This document shows, one piece after another, positions 31,504 through 42,783 of a DNA stretch of 64,000 nucleotides. The notes under the pieces are model-generated. The model did not search any database and was not told the DNA's origin. It saw only the letters and a program-made list of their open reading frames with translations. Each line of letters opens with the position of its first letter. Position 1 is the stretch's first letter. The position numbers and the translations under genes are program-made. The stretch is from an uncultured bacterium (lineage in GTDB: Bacteria; Oederibacteriota; PGYV01; CAWJRG01). The DNA lies in NCBI GenBank assembly GCA_963845185.1, contig CAWJRG010000009.1:128001-192000 (forward strand), in the 5' to 3' direction.

Positions 31504-34500
31504 ATGAAAGACAGAAGTATGTTATTAAAGATACTTTACCCTTTCATAGTGGTAATTTTTATTTTTTCAAGCCGGATTTATGCCGCTTTTCCATGGAATG
31601 TTACTTACCCTTACGGCATTAAAGCGACCAATGCAAATTCTTCAACAGTACAATCAATATTCACTACATGGTCAGGCGCTTGCGTGACGACTTATGGAAG
31701 TTACCAAAGAATTCAAGATCCTCAAAGCGGAAGCGATACAGTGTCGGAGGGCATGGGATACGGCATGCTTATGGCAGCGTATTTTTCAAACCAGTCCCTA
31801 TTTAATAACCTATGGCAATATAAGCAAGAATTTAATGATGCAAACGGGCTTATGAACTGGCAAATCAGTTCTTCAGGAGGGATAAGCTCAGGGTCAGCCA
31901 CTGACGGCGATGAAGACATAGCATTTGCCCTTGTTATGGCATACAGGGAGTGGGGTACTGGCGGCACATTTAATTACCTGACGCTTGCGCAGGCTGAAAT
32001 AACAAAAATATTGGATTATGACGTAACTTCAAACGATTATTTGAACTCCGGCGATGGTTGGGGCACAAACACGGATGAGTATCCATCATATTATATGCCG
32101 TCGTGGTATACAGAATTTGGAATTATAAATTCAAGCGAGGCGTCTGCTTGGTCTACTGTTGAATCCAATTGTAATGCGCTTCTTGCAACGGCCCGCAATT
32201 CAAGCAATGGCCTTGTGGTAGACGAAATAACCCAAGCCGGGGCGAATGTGTCATCTACGTATAGTTATAATTCCTGCAGGGTGCCGTTCTATTACGGTTT
32301 AGATTATGTCTGGAATGGTGATTCAGCAGCGCAGACCGAATCAAGCGACCTTGCGTCATTTTTTAACACAATTGCGCCGGCAAGCGTAGACGATGGTTAC
32401 AACACTAATGGTACTAGTTCAAGCGGCAACCATAACGCCGCATTTACAGGTCCGGCAGCCTGCTCATTTATGGTTTCATCCACATACCAGACAACAATTA
32501 ACAATTATTATACTTGGCTTGTTGGCGATACGGCAGACGAGACAAATTACTACAATGGCGCCTTGCAAATACTTTCACTGCTTTTAATATCCGGCAACAT
32601 GCCGAAAAATTTCGGTCCGGTATTCACGCCTACAATTTCACCGGTGGTGTCGCCCACAAAGTCTTTTACTGTGACGCCTACATTGACGCTCACGCCAGGG
32701 CCAACATTTACACTTATGAAATCAGCCAATCAAACGACAAATATAACATCGGCTACACTGCTTACATTTACTTTGCAAGTCTGCAATAACGGCAGCGCAG
32801 TGACACAAAATTTCACAGTCATTGACGACTGGTCGTCGTCGGCGGCAGACGGCTGGTCATATGACGGCCCATATAGCTGGACGCCTCCATCCGGGATTCA
32901 ACAGATAAGCGATACCACAGGAACAAACAACGTAACATTTATAATTCAGCCTACTTCTTCGGGGTTTACCGGATGCTATTCTTTGCCTGTGTATCTAATT
33001 ATGTATTCCGGCACCGCGAACACTTGTTCCTGGCATAACAACGCGTCGCTCGGTTTCAACGGAGTACCATCGGTTGTATCTACGGTAAATATGTCGGACC
33101 AGTGTTCGTCACCAACTTTTACAATTACCCCTACACTTACGTCCACGAAAACACCGACATATACGTTGACGCAGACATATACAAGTACAAGGACGCAGAC
33201 GCCTACATATACAATTACTTTGACATGGACAAGTACACTGCAAAACACGGCAACTTTAACGGCAACAAGGACAAACACAGCAACGTCAACTTTTACTGCA
33301 ACGACTACACCAACCTATACAGTTACTCTAACATGGACAAACACGCTTCAAAACACAGCAACTTTAACGGCGACAAGGACAAACACAGAAACATCGACTT
33401 TAACTGCAACACCTACGCCTACCTACACAGTTACTATGACCTGGACAAGTACAGCGCAAAACACAGCAACTTTAACGGCGACAAGGACAAACACAGAAAC
33501 ATCGACCTTAACTGCAACGCCTACGCCTACCTATACAGTTACTCTAACCTGGACAAACACGCTTCAAAACACAGCAACTTTAACGGCGACAAGGACAAAC
33601 ACAGAAACATCGACTTTAACTGCAACACCTACGCCTACCTATACAGTTACTATGACCTGGACAAGTACAGCGCAAAACACAGCAACTTTAACGGCGACAA
33701 GGACAAACACAGAAACATCGACCTTAACTACAACGCCTACGCCTACCTATACAGTTACTCTAACCTGGACAAACACGCCACAAAATACTGCAACTTTAAC
33801 AGCGACAGGGACAAACACACCAATACCTACAGGAACAAACACAGCAACTCCTTCCTTAACAGGAACACGGACAAACACGTCAACGTCGACTTTCACTGTG
33901 ACATTTACGCCCACATATACAGCTACTCTAACTTGGACAAGTACGCCTCAGAATACTGCAACTTTAACGGCAACACGCACAAATACCTCGACGTTGTCCT
34001 TTACTGCGACGCCTACGCTGACATATACAGTTACATTGACTTGGACAAATACACTACAGAATACTGTAACATTAACCACTACAGGAACAAATACAGCAAC
34101 TCCTTCCTTAACAGAATCACGGACAAACACAGCGACGTCGACCTTTACTGCGACACCCACACCTACCTATACAGTTACTCTGACATGGACAAGTACTTTG
34201 CAGAATACAGCAACTTTAACTGCGACACGGACAAATACTGCAACATCGACTTTCACTGTTACATTTACGCTTACATATACAGTTACTCTAACTTGGACAA
34301 ATACGCCTCAGAATACTGCAACTTTAACTGCAACAGGGACAAATACCCCGGTACCAACAGGAACAAATACGGCAATGCCTACCTTAACGGCAACACGTAC
34401 AAATACAACAACGTCGACTTTCACTGTTACGCCCACGCCGACATATACAGTTACGTTGACTTGGACAAACACATCGACGCCTACGTTTACAGCGACTGGA

Positions 34501-37104
34501 ACATTTACGGTGACATTGACTTTTACAAGGACAGTTACACCAACATTTACCAATTCACCGGTGGTATCACCAACACCTACATTTACTAATATAGTATTCA
34601 CGTGGACTATTACGCAAACATTTACCATATCACCGACAATTACATTAACAAATACACCATTGCCTACAGGTACGAGCACGGCGACGCCTTCCTTAACAGC
34701 GACACGGACAGATACACCTACATCGACTTTTACTGCGACACCTACAACAACGTATACAGTAACCTTGACCTGGACAAACACACCACAGAATACAGCAACT
34801 TTAACTGCGACAGGTACAAATACATTAACGCTTTCCTCAACAGCGACGCGAACAAGCACAGCAACATCGACTTTTACTGCAACGCCTACACTGACATATA
34901 CTGTAACTCTGACATGGACGAATTCGCCACAGAATACGGTTACTTTAACAGCGACAGGTACAAATACAGCTACGCCTTCCTTAACAACAACACGGACAAA
35001 CACTTTAACTTTAACCTTTACTGTGACGCCTACGCCGACATATACAGTTACTCTGACTTGGACAAACACGCCACAAAACACGGCAACTTTAACAGCTACA
35101 GGAACAAACACACTTAATCCAACAGGTACAAGTACAGCAACGCCTACGTGTACGGCGACAAGGACAAATACTCCGACAAATACTCAGACAAACACTGCGA
35201 CATTTACAGTAACATTGACTTATACATTGACAGTGACATCAACATTTACCAATTCACCCGTAGTATCACCTACGCCTACTTATACAGCGACTATATATTC
35301 GCCGACCATTTCGCCGACGTCTACCATATCTCCGACAATTACGTTGACAAATACGCCGTTGCCAACAGGAACAAATACGGGAACGCCTACTTTTACGGCT
35401 ACAAGGACAAACACGGTAACATCGACTTTTACTGCGACACCTACACTGACATATACTGTAACTCTGACATGGACGAATTCGCCACAGAATACGGTTACTT
35501 TAACAGCGACAGGTACAAATACAGCTACGCCTTCCTCAACAACAACACGGACAAACACTTTAACTTTAACCTTTACTGTGACGCCTACGCCGACATATAC
35601 AGTTACTCTGACTTGGACAAACACGCCACAAAACACGGCAACTTTAACAGCTACAGGAACAAATACACTAAATCCAACAGGTACAAGCACAGCAACGCCT
35701 ACGTGTACAGCGACAGGGACCTTCACAGTAGCAAACACGCCGACATATACAGTTACGCTAACGTGGACAAACACGCCACAGAACACAATAACTTTAACAG
35801 CTACAAATAGTTGTGCTTGTACAGGTACACCTACTTATACAGCTACAATTTTTACGGCTACAACGACACCGACATATACAGTGTCGCCGACAATTACATT
35901 GACAAATACGCCGTCGCCTACAACAACAAATACATTGACATCTACAGGAGCAAGGACAGATACACCGACATGGAGTTCCACAGATACACCCACACTGACA
36001 AATACAGCGACATTCACAAAGACAACGACAGGGACAAATACACCTTCGTTTACAGAAACATTGACATTCACAACAACAATTACATTAACATTAACTAATA
36101 CTGAGGTTGTGTCAGAAACACCGACTTATACAGCAACGATTTATACGCCGACAATTTCACCGACGTCTACCATAACACCAACAGTAACATTGACAGATAC
36201 GCCTTCATTAACAGACACGGCAACGTCGACTGCAACAGAAACAGAGACAAGGACAAATACATTATTACCTACACTTACAAATACGCCACAGAATACCGCA
36301 ACAAGCACAGTGACGCCTACTGTGGGAGCAAATCTTGTGGCGGCTATTACTATTTCACCGGGGAATGCAATGATAGGGCAGGATATAACCGTAATAATGC
36401 AGGTAGTAAATACAGGGACAAATGGTGTGAATAATTTACAGCCTTCAGCGCTGGCTCAAACAGGCGGTGGAACAGCTATCCTTGTAAGCGGGCCCATGCC
36501 TGCAAGCACTGCAATAGTCTCAGATTCAGCAGGATCATTTACGTGGGTATATACAGTGACTTCCGTGGCAGGAAATATAGCATTCAGCGGGTCGGCAAGC
36601 GGCACAGACGCGATAAACGGCACAATAGTATCAACTGCGATAGTGACCAGCAATCCATTAATATGCGTTACAGCCACAGCAACAATAGCAAATTCAATTA
36701 CAATTACCGTAACGCCGACATATACAATAACGCCGAGTATTACGGCGACAAATCCAATTGCGACAGCCAGCTTTACCCCGACAAACCAGGTTCCTGTTTT
36801 CACGGCTACTGCAACATATGTTATTAATACACAGCCGCCAGGGCCGCCAAGGATATATCCAAACCCGGTAAAAGACAGGTTTAGATATGTATTTACCCTG
36901 ACGGAAGATGCAGATATAGAAATAACCATATATACAGCGTCATACAGGTTGATAGCAAGATTTGACCAGAGACAGAGCGCAGGGTTAAACACTATTGTAA
37001 TTGACACACAAGGCCTTGCAAACGGAACATATTTTATAGTATATAAACAAAAAGGGCAGACAACAAATACAAAGAGAATTGATAAATTTATTGTATTAAA
37101 ATAA
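31504..37104 (+). CDS. Secreted GH8 glycoside hydrolase with DUF11-like Ig domain, Thr-rich stalk and T9SS-type CTD
   Basis: [37 protein letters not shown]; ~1070-aa TxT region; YPNP...KFIVLK. Confidence 0.9.
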   Translation: MKDRSMLLKILYPFIVVIFIFSSRIYAAFPWNVTYPYGIKATNANSSTVQSIFTTWSGACVTTYGSYQRIQDPQSGSDTVSEGMGYGMLMAAYFSNQSLFNNLWQYKQEFNDANGLMNWQISSSGGISSGSATDGDEDIAFALVMAYREWGTGGTFNYLTLAQAEITKILDYDVTSNDYLNSGDGWGTNTDEYPSYYMPSWYTEFGIINSSEASAWSTVESNCNALLATARNSSNGLVVDEITQAGANVSSTYSYNSCRVPFYYGLDYVWNGDSAAQTESSDLASFFNTIAPASVDDGYNTNGTSSSGNHNAAFTGPAACSFMVSSTYQTTINNYYTWLVGDTADETNYYNGALQILSLLLISGNMPKNFGPVFTPTISPVVSPTKSFTVTPTLTLTPGPTFTLMKSANQTTNITSATLLTFTLQVCNNGSAVTQNFTVIDDWSSSAADGWSYDGPYSWTPPSGIQQISDTTGTNNVTFIIQPTSSGFTGCYSLPVYLIMYSGTANTCSWHNNASLGFNGVPSVVSTVNMSDQCSSPTFTITPTLTSTKTPTYTLTQTYTSTRTQTPTYTITLTWTSTLQNTATLTATRTNTATSTFTATTTPTYTVTLTWTNTLQNTATLTATRTNTETSTLTATPTPTYTVTMTWTSTAQNTATLTATRTNTETSTLTATPTPTYTVTLTWTNTLQNTATLTATRTNTETSTLTATPTPTYTVTMTWTSTAQNTATLTATRTNTETSTLTTTPTPTYTVTLTWTNTPQNTATLTATGTNTPIPTGTNTATPSLTGTRTNTSTSTFTVTFTPTYTATLTWTSTPQNTATLTATRTNTSTLSFTATPTLTYTVTLTWTNTLQNTVTLTTTGTNTATPSLTESRTNTATSTFTATPTPTYTVTLTWTSTLQNTATLTATRTNTATSTFTVTFTLTYTVTLTWTNTPQNTATLTATGTNTPVPTGTNTAMPTLTATRTNTTTSTFTVTPTPTYTVTLTWTNTSTPTFTATGTFTVTLTFTRTVTPTFTNSPVVSPTPTFTNIVFTWTITQTFTISPTITLTNTPLPTGTSTATPSLTATRTDTPTSTFTATPTTTYTVTLTWTNTPQNTATLTATGTNTLTLSSTATRTSTATSTFTATPTLTYTVTLTWTNSPQNTVTLTATGTNTATPSLTTTRTNTLTLTFTVTPTPTYTVTLTWTNTPQNTATLTATGTNTLNPTGTSTATPTCTATRTNTPTNTQTNTATFTVTLTYTLTVTSTFTNSPVVSPTPTYTATIYSPTISPTSTISPTITLTNTPLPTGTNTGTPTFTATRTNTVTSTFTATPTLTYTVTLTWTNSPQNTVTLTATGTNTATPSSTTTRTNTLTLTFTVTPTPTYTVTLTWTNTPQNTATLTATGTNTLNPTGTSTATPTCTATGTFTVANTPTYTVTLTWTNTPQNTITLTATNSCACTGTPTYTATIFTATTTPTYTVSPTITLTNTPSPTTTNTLTSTGARTDTPTWSSTDTPTLTNTATFTKTTTGTNTPSFTETLTFTTTITLTLTNTEVVSETPTYTATIYTPTISPTSTITPTVTLTDTPSLTDTATSTATETETRTNTLLPTLTNTPQNTATSTVTPTVGANLVAAITISPGNAMIGQDITVIMQVVNTGTNGVNNLQPSALAQTGGGTAILVSGPMPASTAIVSDSAGSFTWVYTVTSVAGNIAFSGSASGTDAINGTIVSTAIVTSNPLICVTATATIANSITITVTPTYTITPSITATNPIATASFTPTNQVPVFTATATYVINTQPPGPPRIYPNPVKDRFRYVFTLTEDADIEITIYTASYRLIARFDQRQSAGLNTIVIDTQGLANGTYFIVYKQKGQTTNTKRIDKFIVLK
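33205..33800 (+). repeat. 108-bp (36-aa) tandem repeat with 216-bp higher-order alternation
   Basis: Units start at 33205, 33313, 33421, 33529, 33637 and 33745 ([36 protein letters not shown]). Confidence 0.9.
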
Positions 37105-37171
37105 AGGCGAAAAATTATATATAATTCCATTTACAAACACTGTTTTTTATTGTAAAATTCCATAAATTTAA

Positions 37172-37200
37172 CGAAACTTTTTCGCAAATAAGTTGTCTAA
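37172..37200 (+). promoter_or_regulatory. Putative ECF-sigma promoter (copy 2)
   Basis: CGAAAC-16 bp-TGTCTAA, with the same spacing as 27166-27194. Confidence 0.55.
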
Positions 37201-37290
37201 AATAAGTGTAAAGAAAAAAAATCTTAAAAAATAATAGGTTATTGGGATTTAATTTAAGGATTTTAAACGGAGTGAAGGAGGAAAGGCGTT

Positions 37291-40200
37291 GTGAATAGAA
37301 AAATATACCTCACAATAATTTTTATCTTATTTTTTGCATACAGCATTTTCCCTTATGGAGGCAGTATTCCAGCCGGATTGCCAACAAATTTTGGCTTTGG
37401 TGCAATTGATAAATGGGACAATCAGGGTGGAGATACGCCTACACGATGGAAAGATGGTCAGAATTCGGGTTGTAATGTTTGGGATTACAATTATCAGTAC
37501 CTGACATCAGGATGGGAGACATGGCAGTCTCCGACCGGACAATGGGCGACAAGTGAGTTGACTGCCTGGCAAACTGAGGGACAGGAAACTTTATTTACAT
37601 ATTACTATAACAACGGCTCGACAAGTATGCTTACCAACACCAGCACCATGACTACATGGTTTAACAACCTAATAACACTGTTCAAACTCATCAACACCAA
37701 TACATCTTCGGGCAAGGTTACAATAGTGCATATAGAACCGGATTTATTGGGGTTCTGCGAAACCGGCGGCATGACATCTTCCAGTACCGTAGAAGTAGCA
37801 GCCACTGGAATTTCAGACCTTTCGGGCATTCCAAATACATTGGCAGGCTGGTGGCAGGCTATAATAACACTCCGCAATAAATATGCTTCAGGCAAAGCAC
37901 TTGTTGCCATACATTACAGCCACTGGGCAGATGATGATGTGTTCAATTCCACATCTATTTCCTCAGTAAGCCAGTTAAATACGGACGTTGATGCCGTATC
38001 CACTTTTCTTAAAAATGTAATGGGCTCATATCCTGCAGACCTAATAGCAGCGGAATCGTCTGACAGGGATGCAGATTGGTATGCTTATGCAAGCAATGAT
38101 ACCACAAGATGGGCGAACATGGACTTCACGGATCCACCGACTTTACCAGGCCAAAAGACATGGGGGAGAATAGCATATATAGTTGACAGGGTCTCCTATA
38201 ATCTAGGCCTGCGCGTTATTATGTGGCAGATACCGGTTGGCAACACATATTTCAAGACATGCGATAACGATGAAACCAGCTTCAGCTGTTCAGCAGGCAC
38301 TGGCTATGGTGGGCATTTCAGGGATAATGCAGCACAGGCGTTTATACCATCCACTTCAAATAACGGCTCATCAGGCAGTCCGGGCGATGCGTATTCAGCT
38401 TCGAGTACAACCACTGGTCCAGGCTACTGGGCCGCGCATGGAGTTATCGCAGTATTCTTCGGTGAGGGTTCATATAATTGGCTTCCTGGCGGTAGTGCTC
38501 ACAGTAACGTCAGCCCGACACATTTAAGAGATTGGGGGCCGACAGACAATACCACAAATCCAACCAGCAGCACTTTTAACACAACAGGCAATGTTACGGC
38601 AGATGTTTGGGGGCAAGCAACGTCCAGTTATGCCGACAATGATGGTGGATATATAAGGCTTGCAGTTACAAAATACTGCTCGACCGGCAAATACTCGCTG
38701 ACCGGCTCACAGAGCACGCCTACCTACACACCGACGAGCGGGCCCTCGCCGACCAGAACGCCTACTTTTACGATAACGCCAACAGCTACGAATACGCCTT
38801 TTATCTGCTCGAAAATGATTTATACAGGCGACGCGGCAGGCCTGAACCTTGCAGCCGGGACAGTTACGAATAACTCACCTGCCACAATGACCGAGGCCAC
38901 AGGCGGAAACCCGGGGAATTGTATGAACTTAAATTACGTGCTTCCTGCAGCCACGCCGTACTGGCAGCCGTTATTGTGGACGCTCTCAACCCCTGTACCA
39001 ATATCGGACAACACAGATTTAAGGCTTGATGTAAAGACAACTTCCGGGACAGCGCCGAAATTCATCATAGTTATAGACTGGGGATCGACTGCATATCAAA
39101 TTGACGTGAATAGTTATATTTCCGGCGGAATAAACGGCACCTGGCAGACGGCTGATATACCGCTTTCTGTCCTGAAAGCATCAACCACGACATCCATAAC
39201 TTTTATAGACTTTATAGACGGAAACAACACTGCATACACAGTGCTTGTTGACAATATACGCCTGACAGGCGGCGCATGCCCTTCAGCCACGCCTACCATC
39301 ACAGATACTTTCACTATATCACCCACTGCGACTTACTCGATGACAACCAGGCCCTCGTCTACGTATACCTGGACGCCGACTTTTACGTTAACAAGTACGA
39401 GGACATCAACGAGCACCCAGATGCCATCGGCAACATCCAGTATGACTCCAACTGCAACTGCAACAATTACAGCTACAAGAACAAATACACCCACACTGAC
39501 AAGTACAGCGTCAAATACTTCTGTTAATACAGCAACAGTAACGCCTACAGATACAAGTACGGAGACAAAGACAAATACACAGACAGACACAATTACTCTG
39601 ACATTGACTAACACGCCGGTAAACACAGCAACTTTAACAGCGACAGGCACAAACACATTGACAAGAACAAATACAGTGACATATACAGTTACGCTGACGC
39701 CGACAAGCACACTGCAGAATACGGCAACTTTAACAGCAACAGAGACAAACACGCCGGCAAATACTGTTACTTTGACAGCAACAAGGACAAATACGGCGGT
39801 GAATACAGCAACTTTAACAGCGACGGGAACAAACACTCCTGTAAATACCGCAACTTTAACATCGACAAGAACAGATACATTGACATATACAGTTACAGTG
39901 ACTTTGACAAGCACACTACAGAATACAGCGACATTAACAGCAACGGGAACAAACACTCCTGTAAATACTACAACTTTGACATCGACAAGGACAAATACAT
40001 TGACATATACAGTTACAGTGACCTTGACAAATACATCAATTAATACAGCTACTTTAACAGCAACAGGGACAAATACGCCGGTAAATACAGATACAAGTAC
40101 TGCAACAAGGACAAATACGGCTACGAATACGCCAACGAACACGCAGACGGCGTCGTACACTATAACAATGACTTATACAACAATAATAGTATCAGCGACG

Positions 40201-42225
40201 ATTACGCCCACATACACAATTAGTCCTTCATTTACAATTACTAAGACAACAACGTCGACAGTCACACTAACAAATACGCCAACGCATACAGTTACTCTGA
40301 CTTTGACAAGCACGCAACAAAACACAGCAACTTTAACAGCGACAGAAACAAACACGGTAGCGCCTACATTTACAAACACAGGTACGCCTACGTTTACGGT
40401 TACAAGGACAAACACAGGCACAAATACAGCGACAAATACGCCGACAAACACACAGACGCCTACATACACAATAACAATGACTTTTACAACAATTATAGTA
40501 TCAGCGACGATTACGCCTACATATACTATCACGAAGACAATAACACCGACAGTCACACTGACAAATACGCCAACGCATACAGTTACTCTGACGTTGACAA
40601 GCACGCAACAAAACACAGCAACTTTAACAGCGACAGGAACAAACACGGTAGCGCCTACATTTACAAACACAGGTACGCCTACATTTACGGTTACAAGGAC
40701 AAACACAGGCACAAATACAGCGACAAACACACAGACGCCTACATACACAATAACAATGACTTTTACAACAATTATAGTATCAGCAACGATTACACCCACA
40801 TACACCATATCGAGAACATCAACGCTGACATTTACTGCAACATACACAGTAACGCCAACATATACAGTAACGATGACTATGACTTGTGCCTGCTTTACAG
40901 GTACATTTACGCCCACAAATACGGCAACAAGTACGTACACGTATACTGATACCTTTACAAAAACGCATACGCAAACAGCAACTCTGACAGCAACACCAAC
41001 GGCAACAAGTACATTTACGCTTACTGATACCTTCACGGACACGTATACGCCGACATTGGCAGACACACATACACCAACAAATACGGTTACTAACACATCA
41101 ACAGATACGCCGGTTGATACAACTACAGATACGCCTATTGTTTCAGAAACACCCACTTATACAGCGACAATTTATTCGCCTACAATTTCGCCAACATCTA
41201 CCGTATCGCCGACAATAACTTTAACAAATACACCGGTTAATACATTGACAGATACGCCGGTTAATACAGCAACGGACACACCGGTTAATACATTGACAGA
41301 TACGTCGGTTAATACATTGACAGGTACGCCAGTTCACACAATGACTAATACACCTGTTGATACAACGACAAACACGCCAACAGCAACGCCGACAATAGCT
41401 ATAAACCTTGTGGCAAATATAACAGTATCGCCGGCAAGTACTGGAACCGGGCAGTATATAACGGTAATTATGCTGGTAGTTAACACAGGCGCTAATATTG
41501 CGAATAACGTAGCACCGTCTGTTTTGGCGCAATCCGGTAGTGGATCTGCTACACTGGTAAGCGGGCCAAGCCCTGCAAACGTTCCAATAGGAGGAAGTTC
41601 GCAAGCATCATTTACTTGGGTATATATTACATCTTCTACAGGCAACATAATATTTGACGGGACTGCAAGCGGCACAGACGCGGTGGACGGAGTAAGCATG
41701 ACAAGTGTTTTAGTGTCGAGCAATCCATTTATATGCGCTACAGCGACAATGACAGCAACTGAAACAGTTACAGTAACGGTAACAGCAACATCGACACTGG
41801 CAATACCGTCAACGGCTACAGCGACAACCGGCTTTACCAGAACGACCACACAGGCACCTACGGCCACGGTGACGCAGACACCTGTGGCGACAGTGGAGCC
41901 AACAGGTGTTATTACAATAGGGCCGATAAAGCCTTATCCGAACCCGATTAATCCTGCAAAATGGCCTTTAAAAATTGAGGTTCAAATAACGCCAAATGAC
42001 ATAGAAAGCATAACGCTCAGGATATATACAACAGCGTACAGGCTTATAAAAGAACAGATATTTAATGGGACAGAAGTGGATAAAGTTAGTAATGGAATTA
42101 TTTTAACCTGTGACAGCAAGACCCTTAGTGACCTCAGCGATGGTGCATATTATTATGTGGTAATAGCGCAAAAAGGTGGGGTTAAGGTAAGGTCTAAGGT
42201 GGACAAAATTATTATATTAAAATAA
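37291..42225 (+). CDS. Secreted protein: unassigned glycosidase-like domain, CBM-like domain, Thr-rich stalk, T9SS-type CTD
   Basis: GTG start after GGAGG and a signal peptide. Trp/Asp-rich domain (YQYL, VHIEPD, WQIPVGN, DNDGGY), then a beta-sandwich ending WQTADIPLS...VDNIRL. C-terminus PYPNP...IYTTAYRLI...DGAYYY...KIIILK. Confidence 0.8.
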   Translation: MNRKIYLTIIFILFFAYSIFPYGGSIPAGLPTNFGFGAIDKWDNQGGDTPTRWKDGQNSGCNVWDYNYQYLTSGWETWQSPTGQWATSELTAWQTEGQETLFTYYYNNGSTSMLTNTSTMTTWFNNLITLFKLINTNTSSGKVTIVHIEPDLLGFCETGGMTSSSTVEVAATGISDLSGIPNTLAGWWQAIITLRNKYASGKALVAIHYSHWADDDVFNSTSISSVSQLNTDVDAVSTFLKNVMGSYPADLIAAESSDRDADWYAYASNDTTRWANMDFTDPPTLPGQKTWGRIAYIVDRVSYNLGLRVIMWQIPVGNTYFKTCDNDETSFSCSAGTGYGGHFRDNAAQAFIPSTSNNGSSGSPGDAYSASSTTTGPGYWAAHGVIAVFFGEGSYNWLPGGSAHSNVSPTHLRDWGPTDNTTNPTSSTFNTTGNVTADVWGQATSSYADNDGGYIRLAVTKYCSTGKYSLTGSQSTPTYTPTSGPSPTRTPTFTITPTATNTPFICSKMIYTGDAAGLNLAAGTVTNNSPATMTEATGGNPGNCMNLNYVLPAATPYWQPLLWTLSTPVPISDNTDLRLDVKTTSGTAPKFIIVIDWGSTAYQIDVNSYISGGINGTWQTADIPLSVLKASTTTSITFIDFIDGNNTAYTVLVDNIRLTGGACPSATPTITDTFTISPTATYSMTTRPSSTYTWTPTFTLTSTRTSTSTQMPSATSSMTPTATATITATRTNTPTLTSTASNTSVNTATVTPTDTSTETKTNTQTDTITLTLTNTPVNTATLTATGTNTLTRTNTVTYTVTLTPTSTLQNTATLTATETNTPANTVTLTATRTNTAVNTATLTATGTNTPVNTATLTSTRTDTLTYTVTVTLTSTLQNTATLTATGTNTPVNTTTLTSTRTNTLTYTVTVTLTNTSINTATLTATGTNTPVNTDTSTATRTNTATNTPTNTQTASYTITMTYTTIIVSATITPTYTISPSFTITKTTTSTVTLTNTPTHTVTLTLTSTQQNTATLTATETNTVAPTFTNTGTPTFTVTRTNTGTNTATNTPTNTQTPTYTITMTFTTIIVSATITPTYTITKTITPTVTLTNTPTHTVTLTLTSTQQNTATLTATGTNTVAPTFTNTGTPTFTVTRTNTGTNTATNTQTPTYTITMTFTTIIVSATITPTYTISRTSTLTFTATYTVTPTYTVTMTMTCACFTGTFTPTNTATSTYTYTDTFTKTHTQTATLTATPTATSTFTLTDTFTDTYTPTLADTHTPTNTVTNTSTDTPVDTTTDTPIVSETPTYTATIYSPTISPTSTVSPTITLTNTPVNTLTDTPVNTATDTPVNTLTDTSVNTLTGTPVHTMTNTPVDTTTNTPTATPTIAINLVANITVSPASTGTGQYITVIMLVVNTGANIANNVAPSVLAQSGSGSATLVSGPSPANVPIGGSSQASFTWVYITSSTGNIIFDGTASGTDAVDGVSMTSVLVSSNPFICATATMTATETVTVTVTATSTLAIPSTATATTGFTRTTTQAPTATVTQTPVATVEPTGVITIGPIKPYPNPINPAKWPLKIEVQITPNDIESITLRIYTTAYRLIKEQIFNGTEVDKVSNGIILTCDSKTLSDLSDGAYYYVVIAQKGGVKVRSKVDKIIILK

Positions 42226-42295
42226 TATATAATTTTTATAAAAAATTTTTTTAATTTTATTAAAATGTATTATATAACTTAATCAATAACGAATA

Positions 42296-42472
42296 TTATT
42301 CTTTCCCGTAATTCTTTCCGCACCGCAAGCAAAAAAATTCACCTTTGCCATTTTTTAGTTTAATTTCAATTTTGCCGCCGCATGAGCAAACCAGCCTGCG
42401 GGGGCCCTTTCTGCGTTCAGGTTTTGCCTTTATTTCCTTTTTTCTCCGATCGCTTTTTCTATTTTCCAGCAT
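42296..42472 (-). CDS. 58-aa Arg-rich zinc-ribbon protein
   Basis: SD GGAGG before ATG 42472. MLENRKSDRRKKEIKAKPERRKGPRR followed by CSCGG...CLRCG. Confidence 0.7.
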   Translation of the reverse strand: MLENRKSDRRKKEIKAKPERRKGPRRLVCSCGGKIEIKLKNGKGEFFCLRCGKNYGKE

Positions 42473-42654
42473 TCCAGCACCTCCTATAGATATTTTATGC
42501 ATAATAATGAACTGTATTTGTTGGGGGCCATTAAAAATTTACCATAAAAGCTATAAAAAGTAAAACAAATTATTTAAAAAGAACTTATAAAATGTGCTTT
42601 TAAGCTAAAAAATGAAACAAAAACCTTTTCTGTAACGAAAATTACGAAAAATAC

Positions 42655-42683
42655 TTGACAGCTTTTTACGAAAGTGTTATAAT
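42655..42683 (+). promoter_or_regulatory. Consensus sigma70 promoter for the long co-directional cluster starting at 42784
   Basis: TTGACA-17 bp-TATAAT with TGn. Confidence 0.8.
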
Positions 42684-42783
42684 TTTTAGTAGCGAAAGAC
42701 TGTTAAAGTTAATTTAAATACTAATGGCATGAAAAATTACTTTTTCGTGACCTTAGGGAATCCATTAAAAAAGTGGAGAAAAT

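Noticed and set aside
28344..41867. Long alternative-frame ORFs (Val-rich on the minus strand; Tyr/Asn/Asp/His-rich on the plus strand, e.g. 33102-34589)
   Set aside because: Shadows of the ACN-codon Thr repeats, which suppress stop codons in other frames. There is no independent coding evidence.
42613..42673. TGAAAC box and repeated T(A/T)ACGAAA motifs near the sigma70 promoter
   Set aside because: The -10 element does not match the TGTCTAA motif, and short AT-rich repeats are not distinguishable from chance by eye.
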